DNA of 64,000 bases, taken from assembly GCA_973895155.1 (NCBI GenBank), contig OZ316891.1, forward strand, positions 26,101,899 to 26,165,898, given 5' to 3'. Below the pieces are notes generated by a model. It saw only the letters and a list, made by a program, of their open reading frames with translations, searched no databases and had not been told where the DNA came from. This document shows, piece by piece, positions 40,301 through 52,910 of the stretch; position 1 is the stretch's first letter, and each line of letters begins with the position of its first letter. The position numbers were made by a program, and so were the translations under genes. Source of the stretch: Marsupella aquatica. Taxonomy: Eukaryota; Plantae; Marchantiophyta.

Positions 40301-41445
40301 CTAAATTCTTTTGCAATGATAGGTATCATTTAATCATAGTACAACAAATTAATTAGTGGGGCAGCTTAGCTAGATTTGCATGGTTGAAACTACTCGCTCG
40401 CACGTTTGCAGTACTTGGCTACCGTCGAACGACATTAATATCCCTAGACTTGCCATTCTGGCTCTCGATTTTAATTTTCATAACGAGACGTTATTCTTTC
40501 TTCAGCAATCTTAACAATGCTCCATATGAGTTTCCCAAGTTTCCTGCCGTCTGTCGCTCAGCAATTCAACTTGTACATTCGTTGTAGTCAAGATATCTCA
40601 TAACAGGTTATAATCTTGCGCAGGAAGGTTGGCGGGATAATTATCTAGAGCAGGACGCCGTTGGGAAACGGGGAGGTTCGACGAATGAACAGTACAGTAA
40701 TTTAATGCTCTGCATGGCTTTGTTTTAGCACTGTGCCCTTGCATCATTCTGTCTTCCGTCTGCAATAATGGTATGGGCAGAGGCTGAAATTCCTCATTCA
40801 AACTACACCTGACCCCAATTGAACAGCTGGGAGTACCATCAGCGTCACCGTTGTGAATGGCATGATTTGGTTGCATGCATGTGGAGAAGAGCCGGACTGA
40901 AAGGTTCCAAGTGCTCAAGTGGGCATCAGGTGCAGGATTAGTTTACGGGTGACGGTACAAATGGTTTCCTAAAGTGCATCTGGAGTGACCAGTTGCTGAT
41001 GCTAAATTCCACTTTAACGAAAATCTGACTCTCACTAATTACATCTGAGCCAGAAGTGACCATCATGCTCTCTGATCGTCTACTTATGGGGCCCTGTCGT
41101 GCTCAGGTGCTTGAACAGCTGACCCATGCCATCCACCCAGCAGAGCCCTGGCGATTCAGGCTAAGATGGGGATAAGCTCGCTAGGTAGCCAGCTACTGTA
41201 GCTTCTGACACTTTAATTTGAGGTCAGCCTGCTGTAGCCTACGGTAGTGGATACGAACTCCAATAGTCGGAAGTGGGAAGGAATTGTATGATCGTGAAGT
41301 AATTGTCTCGGAGAGATTGATTCAAAATAATGAACAAAGGTTTTCAGACTGTCAACGTGAATTGACGCGTATTTTGTAGATCATCGACGGCCTGAGTTTT
41401 CTGTCTGGCACAAGAAAGTCATTACAGGGACAGAGACTTTCATTC

Positions 41446-41522
41446 AAATTGTGGCAGACTTTCAATAAAATTGTGGCAGACTTTCAATAAAATTGTGGCA
41501 GACTTTTAATCAAATTGTGGCA
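41446..41522. repeat. 22-bp tandem repeat x3.5
   Basis: aaattgtggcagactttcaata repeated. Confidence 0.9.
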
Positions 41523-44500
41523 ACGAATTATAACCCGGAGTGAAACATCTTTATAAAATTCAAATCACTGGAAACCTCGTGAAAGTATTCAAACCTCTTT
41601 TACACCGAGAGAGAGTGAGAGATCGCTTCATAATGTTGGGGAATGGGATAGGAGTACAATCCTGGATAGATCTGCTGTCATGGATAAAGGATTACCCAGT
41701 GACGGCGGGCGATCGCATGAACTGGAGTAGTTGGATGATTCGATCCCCCTACCTAACCTGCTGACTTGCTAGCTTGCATCTTTCGTTCTTTACTGTAGGG
41801 TCCGCTGGTAAGTTAGTGCTCTGAGGATGATAATGAGGATCATTGGGGCCTTCGACTGTACAGCGTATGTCCGCCAATAGCGAGGCTTTGAGATCTTGTT
41901 ACAAACTTCAGTGACCAGCAGCGCGTGTATGGAGAGTTGTGTCATGTCATTCGTCATCATGTACTGTGACTTTCAATTGAAAACTAATATAGCATGACAG
42001 CATCACGCTAGAAAGCGTGGATCCACTTCATCTTGCTAGGAGTCTGTCCCTCGCGCACAGTGCCGGCAACTTGAGCTCAACTGAGCAACCTGAGCGCTTT
42101 GTTTGAGCAGTCATGGATTCATGGTGGTCACTGACAGAATGATGCAGGGCAGTCCAGATTTTTGCATCATGACAACTGAAACTTTCATGCAAGCACAGGA
42201 TGAAATTTTCAGCCTAGTCCACATACGATGCATTGTTATTCGGAAGAAATCTTATAATGAATGCAACTCAGACCATCATAGCTGGCCACGTACGACATTT
42301 GAATTAAGACCGCGTGTATCCAGGTTAATGCATGATGACAATTTTAGCGTCTCAAGTGAAGCCCAGGTGGAAATATGTGGACTGCTGAGTAGAGAACAAT
42401 TTGGGATCCGTGCTACGTGGTAAGTATCTAGAATTACGCATCATGACGAAAGAGAGCTTCTTTTAAAGCCCAGGGTTCTGGAACCAAAGATGCCGAGGAT
42501 CTTCATTTAGTACCAAACATCCAGGTCAATCATGTTGTTAGGTCCTGTCCTGTTGCGACCAGAACGGTCGTCTTGACCCCACAAGTTGGTAACCTTGACT
42601 AGTCAATCATACCTTCACGTGTAGGTTTTGCCTCCTGCGCAAGATAATGATCGCTTGTAATAATCTCAGGAACACTCATTCTCTGGATGGATAACCCTAA
42701 AGTTAGAATCGGTTTCCTCTTACCATGAGTTGAGACTTGCAACCAACCGGATGGACTAGTTGAATGAGTTACAAGGAGTCCCCACGTTCTCAAAGCACCA
42801 AAATCATGGCATATGGAGATGAAATATGCTAGGCTTGGAAATCGGTTACAATCACTTACGTATTAACTTTATTAATTACCTATACTCACTTGAATTCACA
42901 ATAGCAACATCTGTATGCATACTGCTTCACTCAATGGAGTTCACTGAAAGCTTTCGAGGCAAAAATAAGCAAGAGCAATATCTCGAGCTCCTTAGACAAT
43001 TTTGGTACAACTGAATAGTTAGTATCTTATGTTTCACGGTCAATTATTGATATTGTGGTGTGTTAATATGGTTCATCAGAATTTTTTGTATTTTACTTTT
43101 GAGTGAAGAGGACACACTGAGACAACCTTCCACCAGTTCATTCGCTACCAGAACCAGGAAAGGAATCCAACTGGCACTGCTAAGTGCTAATGATGATGGT
43201 CTACCACGTAATCTACCTGACGAGGATCTCGCTTGCTAGCTAGCGAAATGCATACAAATATCAGTCTTCTCTCAGACTTTATTGACCCTGGTTCGTTCTC
43301 ACACGATTGCCAGGATAGATTATCAAATGTCGATGACAGCGACGTTTATCGAGCCACTGAGGCACTGACCGGCGAAAATATATCTCTGCAGCCGTATAGC
43401 ACCCTGTAGTACTAACGAAAGATACATCACGTACCTATACTTAAGTAAAGTCTACAATAATGGCAGGTACTCTGAGCAAGTGAGCAAGAGTCTGAGGCTC
43501 TGAGCATTCCTTGAGTCAAGAAAGTCTCGGCAGTCAAGGATGGATTACAGTAAGTTATTTTCAACAGCAACAAGGCTGCAGGGAGCTCCTGCGTAAAGTT
43601 GACCGCAGAATAGTCTGTCGTGAAGATGGAAGAGGCAGTTAATGTTGATCACCTGATTCAACCTGTTAGCTTCGGACCCTTTCAGTTGGCAGCAGTGTGT
43701 CTCATCGCAGTGGAACCAGTATACATAGCTGACTTTTGAAATGTGGAGATACAGTTACCTGAGGACCTGTACGAAGCGATTTCAAACATGAACAACGTCA
43801 CCCCACCCCACCAAAAAGGAGAATAAATCAAGAGCAAAAAAAACAGCTTACCTGAGATTGTTTGCCGACTTTCTCAGTGTCCATACAATCACTTTATCAA
43901 GAGCTTTGCCAATAGCAGGCTGGCAATGAGAAAGATGCACTCCTTTCTCAGGTCTGCCCTAATTTGGCCTGCAGTACAGTAGCCATATCCTCGACATACC
44001 GTCACCATAGTTTGGTTCTGATATTGTCTTTCTGCAGAACATCGTGCTACTTACGATAATTGTTGTAGCTGGCTTTTTGTAGCTCTTTGCGCGGTGCTCT
44101 TTTTCGGTACTTTCTGCTTCAATTTCATTTGGTCGGGCCTATTGGGCATTTGTACATTTTTCCTTTTTAGTAGTACACTTTTGCTTTCAACCGCACAACA
44201 GAGAAGAAGAACCGACTATCTCAAGCCTCGAAAGGATCCATAACATTGCAGTCTACTATAATCAATGGAGTTGGCCATCTGGACGATCTGATCAGCGGCC
44301 AGTTTGAAAAAAAAATCATACACGCCACCTGCAGAACTGTAGCTCCCTGCTCTTAGCCAAAAGGTGGTCAAGCAATGACGTCTCCGGTATCAGAAAGGGA
44401 AAGAATGCAGTACAGATCTAGAGATCTGAGCCAATACACCGCTTGTGCATCATTTTGCTCTTGTCATATCTATTCATTAGGATTGTACGTTGCCTGTGAC

Positions 44501-46977
44501 CTTCTCACCTCTCTACACCTGCCATTTCCCTTCGTTGTTGAATGCACCGTGTCATATGCTGGTGCACATCTGCACATGTCCTCGATGCGCAATTATGCAG
44601 ACAACTCAACTCTCTGCAGTTTGGCTCTTAGGAAGTGTCATCATAGGAATTATTTAATTGAGACCCTTCGAGCCAAAAAGCAAGTATCATCAAAACGCCA
44701 GTTCAGCCCCAATAATATCGGGGCTTCACTCCAAAATTCGTAGATTTATTACATTAAAGAATGGTAATTTAAGCTCAGACATAGCGCAACAAAGCAAAGA
44801 GAATCCAGACCTCCTTCTGGATTACGTTGAATAAATGTAGTTCGTGGATTTCGTTGAATGAACGCAAGGGACAAAAGGTGATCTGCGCCAGAGATCGTGA
44901 GGGAAATGGTGCGATTCATTTGAATACAATTCAGTGAAGTATTACAGTTCAATAGAAAATAAATAAATCTTTCAAAGCAAAAAGGTGAGATTCATGGAAA
45001 CGCAAACAAGTCACTGCATCACGTACTAGACCAGAAGTCCAGACGCGGTTTCTCATCATTTGCAGAAGAAGAATCCACCACTTTTCCTGCATCTTGCATC
45101 GTCTGCTACGCCGTGACAGTCTGCAGGAGTGTGGACTGGGGAGTCAGGAGACCATTTCCCCATATCCCTAACATTTCGTTCTGACATCGGAGGATTTTTG
45201 GGAGATTCTTTTTCACGCAATCACAGTCTTGTCCTCACAGGTGGGAGACCAAACTTCGAAGCCACTCCGTGGTGGTGATCCGTGTCCCCTTGTCCCCCAA
45301 AACCCGTTCTTCCTTTCCCCAATCTCGCCCTTTCCTGATGGCTTTGCCCGGACGACCCCTGCCCAGTTCCAACCCAAACCTCACACTTACGTCACAGACG
45401 TTGTTCTTACGTTGCAGGCTGGTTGTGACTCGTGAGGCAGGAAACATGATGTCTAAACACTGTAAACATTCGAGCAAAAAAGTATGTATGATCTGGAAAT
45501 ATACAAAAGCATGGGTGGACACAATTGAGCCACATCACTCTCCCTGATTTTGGACTTGGAGTATCCACTTTCCTACGTAATTATTCCCTGCGAGTGTTTG
45601 TATCGAAGACGGTCGCCATAGAGCCACATACCTCTCCTCGATTATACATTTAATTTTTCCCTCTTTCATAAATATTATTAAGGGGACTGCTAGTGCTTTA
45701 TGTAAGATAGCCACAGCCATGATTGTGCCACATCACTCTCCGAAATCCTGCACCTAGATATATGTATCTTTTCCAAATGTGTCCTTGCCTGCATGCCACG
45801 ACTATGAGCGACTATAGCTACATAGAAACACAAAAGCAATCCAGGGGACAAGATCCAAACGACAGAAGACCAAAGAAAGGGAAGAAAACAAGTTAGAAGA
45901 ATAACCCACCAAGACCAAAAAGCCAAAAAGCCTCTTTCACACAATGGCAGAGGAACTAAAGCCCTATCCAGCCGTAAACTGATGGCATGCTGAAGTTCAG
46001 CAGTAAATCCCATATCAGGTCACCCTAAGGTATTTGTCTACAGGCGTGCTTTTTAGTGCAACAGACACCCTTGTCTAAAGAAGACGTATAAAAAAAGGAA
46101 AGAAATCATGTAACCTTTGTTTTCTTAGCTTACATTCACAAGTCTTATTGAGTCTTTTTAAACTTCATGTTCTGTAGGATTTGGCCATATGCGATGGTTA
46201 TGAGGACAACAGACTGGCTAGACAAAAGAAACTCGTTTTTGGTGGCAAATGGTTGTGCATCTTCTTCCCTTGAGTCAAGTTTGGCTCCCCAAACACCCTC
46301 CAGAAAACTCAAGGAGTTTAATAGAGGGTTTCAAACCCCAATTCAAACCTCAAATTTTGATGGACCTTAAGTCAGTAATGAAGGTTCTAGACAGAAAAGG
46401 TTATGGACTACCAAATTCATAGTCCATAAGCTTTTGCCATACTGAGTGGTCACTGTTGAGGCTAATGAATTGTATATTTTTAGACTGTGAAGTACAACAG
46501 TGAAATATAATACATTAGACCATAAGTCACTGTAGAGGCTAGTGGAAAAAAGAAAACATTCACGTAACCTGTGAAAAGTCTTGGGCCATTAGTTTATGGC
46601 CAAAAGCCATTGTCCCCTACTTTGGAGCTTGGAGGGCACTAGTATGGCAATATGACCCTAAACCTGTTGGCCATCTTAGTATAAAAGCCTGAACAAAGTC
46701 TACTCTTAAGGGCCTAGGGTTTACTCTTAAGGGCGTATGGTATAGAGTGAAGCCTCTTTCTCTCTACACAGTAACCCTTGATACACACAAAAGTGATCAT
46801 GAGTGTCAATAAAAAAAACTTTAAATGAGGATAGATAAAACTGAAATGAGAGTGGACCAAAAAAACGAGGATTGACTGAAATAGCATAGAAATTTAATTA
46901 TGCAAGATTCTTTTCTCTCATGTATTAACTTCTTTTCTCTCATGTATTAACGTTCAAGGAAAGTATAATCGGGCTAG

Positions 46978-47345
46978 TACGACAAAATTCACATGAAAAG
47001 TTTGGACTGAGGCTTACCACACACAGTTCTACAAGTTACCGCCATACCTTTGTTCCAGATAATACAAGTAATGTAGTTCGATAATATGACAAAACGACCC
47101 TAAACCTGGTGGCAAAATACGACAACCTAGAAATGAAAAGTATGGATTGACGGGACACAGTTACACAAGTTTACCACTAAATAGTGGACCATAAATATAA
47201 ACTAATGAATGAACCACACCCTTGGTAGTTCAGTAATATGACAAAACGACCATAAAACCTGGTGGCCTAATACGACAAAAGTCGCATGAAAAGTTTACAC
47301 CGAAGCTTACGACACAGTTCCACAAGTTTAGAGCCATACCTCGGT
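46978..47345. repeat. Degenerate ~130-165-bp tandem repeat, about 3 copies
   Basis: Recurrent aatatgacaaaacgacc..aaacctggtggc..aatacgacaa...atgaaaagt...acacagtt.cacaagtt. Confidence 0.7.
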
Positions 47346-47640
47346 TGACACAGGTGGCAGGAGAGGGATCTCCCTCACGGAAGATTCTGCAACCGACGGC
47401 CGGGTAGTAGTAGTGTAACGGGTCCCGAGAACAGCAGCAGTACTTTCCGGCCAGGTAAGGTAAGGCAAGGCAAGGCAAGGTCAGGTGAAACTGTGCGCCG
47501 GAAGATGCGGTTGGAAAAGAAGGTCGGTGGATGCTGTACAGCGAACAAAAAGGCAGCGTTATTTTATTTATTTGTAAAAGGGCATCCGAACGCAAATGCG
47601 AAGTACAATACAGTAGTCGACTACTGTAGTAGAAGCTCTC

Positions 47641-47929
47641 GTGTCACCTCTGGTTTGAACCCGAGGCGTTTGTGCGTACATAAGGGCGATTGGAGGCTGT
47701 GTCACCTCTGGTTTGAACCCGAGGCCACTGTGGGTACATAAGGGCGATTGGAGGCTGTGTCACCTTTGGTTTGAACCCAAGGCGTTTGTGGGTACATAAG
47801 GGCAACTGGAGGTTGTGTCACCTCTGGTTTGAACTCGAGGCCACTGTGGTACATAAGGGCGATTGGAGGTTGTGTCACCTCTGGTTTGAACCCGAGGCCT
47901 TTGTGGGTACATAAGGGTGGTTGGAGGCT
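47641..47929. repeat. 58-bp tandem repeat x5
   Basis: Units gtgtcacctctggtttgaacccgaggc...gtacataagggcgattggaggct start at 47641, 47699, 47757, 47815, 47872. Confidence 0.95.
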
Positions 47930-49462
47930 GGCCCAAACAGGTCACTTTGTGTTTGGGACAATGCCTGCAAGTTTGTTCGCAGGAAGCGTAAAAGAAATTC
48001 AAAAACAAATCAAAATTGCATTCCAAAAAACAAAGAGAGGGGTTAGAAAACAATAGTTTAGCAATTTTAGTTGTTTTTCAATTTTTGACTAAACAAAATA
48101 TATACTAAATTTTTTATTAATTACAGTGATACATCTGTTTACATAAGAATGACCGTGTTTCAACAAGCTGTCACTATTCTTAGTCAGAGTAAAGACCACA
48201 AAGCTATCTCTTCATTAGTGTTTCTTTCGCCTCCTATGAATATTGAGTTTTCCTTCCCGTCCTGCTTTTCATTGTTTTTAGATTTATGGCTTCAGCGATT
48301 GGCCCAACTCTCACATCACATGAACAAGATTCACAGCCACAACAATAGTAGTTCGCCTACACAATTCTAGATACTGCTTCAGTCCACTCCTACAGTGAAT
48401 CTGGAAGACATGGTCCAAGTTAAAATCTAGAAGGCTTTGAGTTTCTGGGATACAATTCCATAGCATGTAGAGTGTCCTTTGCAAAAACCAGATGAAGCAG
48501 AATCTGAATTTTGAAGCCAAAATTATTTTTTCTCATTGCTTGCATCCACACTGTCTGTCAATGAGAAGTTCTGAGTACATCCATAGCTTCAATGGCTTCT
48601 TCTACAAACATGATAATTGCATTTGGATAAGCTTTTCTTCTTGTACAATAGCCAGTTCTCTTTCCCCAATTGGAATGTGGTGGTCCATCATGCTTATTTG
48701 TGTCACATGTGTGCACAAATTGATTTATATAGAGGAGCTTTTCTGTTGTGGCAGTGCAAACATATATAGTGGGAAGCTTACCACAGCCCAGTATATTGTT
48801 TTCCCCGGCAAACAACAGCCATGCAATCATTGGCACCATAGGACATAACTTTGAATTGGACTAATAGGTATGAAACAGAGTTTGGCTGTTGTATTTTTGT
48901 CTAGAAGACAACTCAAAGATCTACCTGTGAATTCAAAATGTGGCCCCATGAAGGACACTTATCTGCAGGCTCTGGCCTTGTACATTTTGGATTTGGGCAG
49001 GCTGTCATGGCTCAGGTTTTGAGATGGTTTCTATGTAAAGGAAGGATGACTTGTGAATCAGTGGCTTGAACTATATTGGCCTTGACCTTCTTATGAAAGA
49101 ACAGACTGATGTGCCACAACAGTGGGGTTCGAGGCTTGCTTGGATTCATTAGGCATTTGTTAGTAGGAGGGTAACACTAGCGGGAACACTAGTCAAGATG
49201 ATATAGTGGACCCCGCCGACTTGGAAGAGATTCCAAGTAAACACAGAATGCGCTTATGGACTGTGCACTTAGACATCCTGGGCCCTCAGCCTGTCTCTCT
49301 TGCGAACATGACAACTGAAGGGTTATTTCAATCAATTTTAAACTAACTTTTATCAATTATTACCAATAAGAGGGATTTTTTATGGGGAAAGGGAAGGGAG
49401 AAGGCCAAAAAAGGGAGGGTGTATATCCATAGGTAGGTTCAATAGTTTATATGTAGTGACAG

Positions 49463-52400
49463 TTAGCTCAATGCCTGTGTGTTGCACAAAAGATATTGTT
49501 CCATAAAATATGTCATTTAGTGAAAGATGTTGCGGCGTCTAAGATGTTGTCAAGTAAAAAGATCTCATTGTGTCAAAGATATCGTTAAGTACAAAGATGT
49601 TGTGACGCCAAATATGTCTCTAAGGCAAAAGATATTGTTACGTCCAAGATGTTGTTGTGTCAAAGTTGTTGTGATGCTTTAAAAGATGTTGTTGCATCAA
49701 TGAAGTCACTAAGTTGAAGATGTCATTCTAAGTAAAACAATGTTGTTGCGTCAACAATGATTGTTGATAAGTAACTTACGGATGTTTTTTTTATAAGTAA
49801 AACCCGCAAAACCTTACGGGAAAGGGGGCCAAAAAGGCAACATAGAGGCCCAAACAGGGCAGGCAAGCAGCCAAAAGAGCAACCAACAAAACCCCACTAA
49901 AACCGAAATAGACCACACTACCAAGAAAAAACCCAGGGCAAGAGGCCCCAGGGCAAAGACAGCTGAAAACATAGCATCACCGCCCATGTAAGCCCTAGAG
50001 ACCTGTGCTATCTAAGGCAACCCAACCAGGGAACAGCCAAAAGTCTAAGTAGAGTGGGCTAAGGACAGATGTCATAATCAAGGAGAAATGAAGAACCGAG
50101 CCTCCGCCCGGGAGGCCCAATTCAAGTGTTCCTTAATAATTTCCTCCTTGGTCCGCAGCAACCGTGTGCGCCGATTGCAGGGGCCAGAATCCTCACACAA
50201 TCCATGAAGTTGATCAATGATCTCCGTAAATATCTTCAGCAGATTAAATACACTATCATTCAAGCAAGCCAAATATGCCAGAGAACTTGATACATCATGA
50301 AGACTATCACTGAGCGGGCAAGGCTGTGTCCAGAAAATGCGTCCATTAGTGCTTTCAGATCACCGTCCTGCAAGCCAGGTGATCAGATCCGGAAAAGTCC
50401 TGACAACCAGTTCCCAACCTTTGACCGCAAGCTTGCATGTAAAGAAAATGTGGGGTATGGTCTTAGGAACATGACAACACAGACCACAGGTACCATCACT
50501 CTTACGCATCTTTGATGCCCGGACATAATTAGTGAAAAGCCCTTGTGCAATCACTCTCCACAGAAATGTGCAAGACTTTGTGGGGAGATCAGACGACCAC
50601 AGTGAGTGCAAAAGTTTACTTTACTCCAATCAATCAGAGAGATGAAGGGACCAGATTCTGTTGAGTCTGGTGAAGTCATTGCCCTTCGTTCATAGGAGTT
50701 GATATGCTCTAGCATTGGGAAGAGCAAAGCGGCTCATTCTCTCCTTTTTGTCCGCCAGATCCAACACGCTACTGAAGAGCCAGCCTCCCTATCATCCGTA
50801 ATCCTTCTGATTCTCGTCACGAAGGAGATGCACAGCGCCCCCAACTCCTCGTCCAAGCCTCTGATCTTGTTGAGCTTGTGTCGGGCATATTCAGGAGTGT
50901 TGCCACCCCAACGTCTAAGGTCAGAGACCTTTCTCAGACCAATCCGGCCACAAGTCCTGATCAGCATGCCTTTCACTTCTTCTTGTAGATCCTGAAACCC
51001 TTCCAGACTCCCAAGTATATCTTCAATGCTCCGCCAAGCGGCCACAACAGCACCAGCAGGCGAGAATAACAGATGAGTACGAAGTACTTCCCAGGCTTTC
51101 CATAGATTGCCAATATAGCTCAATCCGTCCGCTGAATGAGTGAGGATAACACAGTAAGAGGTGGTCAGAGAGGGAATAGCCATTTCTCCTGATTGTCTGT
51201 TGATTACGTCATTTTGCCATTTTCAGATTCTTGTAGTTAGTAGAGCTTGGCCCAGTATGTGTCCGGGTGATCAAGCGCCTTGTAGAACCATTGTGCTAGG
51301 AGTGAATCCAAGTGGCTCCTAAATTCCTTGAAGCCCAGCCCACCCTCAACCTTTGGGCGGGCCAATGTCTTCCAAGCCATCAATGGCACCTTTCTCCCCC
51401 CTGCAGCATTGTATCCCCAAAGGAAGTCACGGCATAGAGCCACCATTTTCCTGGCCAGGGCAGTTGACGAATGTAAGAACATCATATGGTAAATGGGTAC
51501 AGCTTGAAGAACATGTTTTACCAGTATAGTCCTGCCTGTGAATGACAAAAACCTGGTGGCCCACATAGAGAGCCTGGATTCAATTTGATCAAGACAGAAT
51601 GTGTGGAGCTTGGAGGCCTGTATCCCCCATCCCAAAGGAGCACCTAGGTACTTATGTATTTCCCCTTTCCGACTAATGGTGCAACCTGTCTCTGCAAGCC
51701 ATTCCGGAATCTCATTGAGTCCCAAAGGTATTACCGTCGACTTATGCAAATTCAGTTTTGCACCCAAAGCCAGCTCGTAAAAATCCTCAAGATTAGCAGG
51801 AATGAACATTCCGAGGTCGTCAGCAAAACATTTGTAGCATATCGTCAACACCTCCGATATCTGAATTCCTCTCAGGGTGTCTTGTGCCAGTTCTCCATTT
51901 AAGAAATCCATGAATGGTTGGGTCTATAGTACACACAATAGAGGAGAGAGTGGGCAGCCTTGGTGTACTCCTCTTAGCATTCGAATGTCCTTAGAAAAGA
52001 GGCCATTAATGTGAATCTTGGAGCTGCCTCGCCCCCATAACAAGAGATCTAACCAGCCTGATGAAGCCTAAGTAACTTACGGATGTTGTTAGCAAAAGAT
52101 GTTGTTGACATAACATATGGCGTTAACCAAAATATAGTGCCAGGTAAAAGATGTCGTTCAGTGAAAGATGTTGACGTGAAAAAATTCATTAAGTAAACAA
52201 TGTTATTGTGTACTAAGTAATGATGTTGTGTGCAAAACATGTTGGTTCACAAAACATTATTGATAAATTTGTGATGAATGATGTCCTGAGTTTCATCCCA
52301 CCTTGGGATCTCAGGTCCAGGCGCAACTGGGAGTTGCCGCCCCCATCCTCGGGGCAAGTCAACTCGTGTTTGGGGTGAGTCAGGCCAGCCAGGGCGCTTT

Positions 52401-52910
52401 TGGTCCAAGTCAAGCCGTGTTGGGCAAGTTGGGTTCTCGCCGGGCCGGTGAGTCGGGCCGCATTTGGCAGTTCTCAGGCCACTCATTGTCAGGCCGCTCA
52501 TTTTCATTGGTCCAGCCGCTCTCGCCCACTTGCCGGTCGCCACTCTTGGACAGGTCAATTGTTTGGGCTGCTCTCGTTGGGCCTCGCTTGTGGTCGGGCA
52601 CTTTTGGAGGAAGGGGAGTCATGGGAGTTGCACCCAAATGTAATCCAACTGCTCCCGTTCATTGCAGGCTCGTAGCTCTGAAGGTCCCACACCCAACCAA
52701 ATTGGGAGGGAGGGGTGTCGAGAGTCGAAGGGGAGGAGGGAGTGAAGAGTCAAGAGGGGAGTCAAGAGGGAGGCTAGGGAGTTGAGCATGGTGGGAGTTG
52801 GAAAGTGAGAGAGTAATCTCGGGCTCTCCTTCTTAATTAATATGCAGAGTAAGTGCTAATGCTTGAAGGCTGGTTTATAGACTTTGAACTAATAATTATG
52901 TTTTTATAGA
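49463..52910 (-). mobile_element. Second Helitron-like copy (same family as 21429), interrupted by a LINE
   Basis: ttagctcaatgcctgtgtgttgcacaaaag at 49463 resembles ctagcctgatgcccgtgcgttgcacaaaag at 21429. It is followed by aaagatgttg-rich repeats that resume after 52088. The right boundary is approximate. Confidence 0.5.
49787..52068 (-). mobile_element. 5'-truncated L1-clade LINE with poly-A and 19-bp target-site duplication
   Basis: TSD taagtaacttacggatgtt at 49768-49786 and 52069-52087; T-run ~49785-49792. Minus-strand QGCPLSP, FADD, KYLGAPL, PKVEGGLG, zf-RVT CGLC...HIFFTC; stops and frameshifts. Confidence 0.92.

Noticed and set aside
43625-43643. Partial complementarity to miR408 (ggaagaggcagt)
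   Set aside because: Only 12 contiguous matches, mismatches near the miRNA 5' end, and no hairpin or known target ORF.
47641-47929. CRISPR-like appearance of the 58-bp array (also the 62-bp and 186-bp arrays)
   Set aside because: Units are contiguous with no unique spacers, no cas genes, and the context is eukaryotic.
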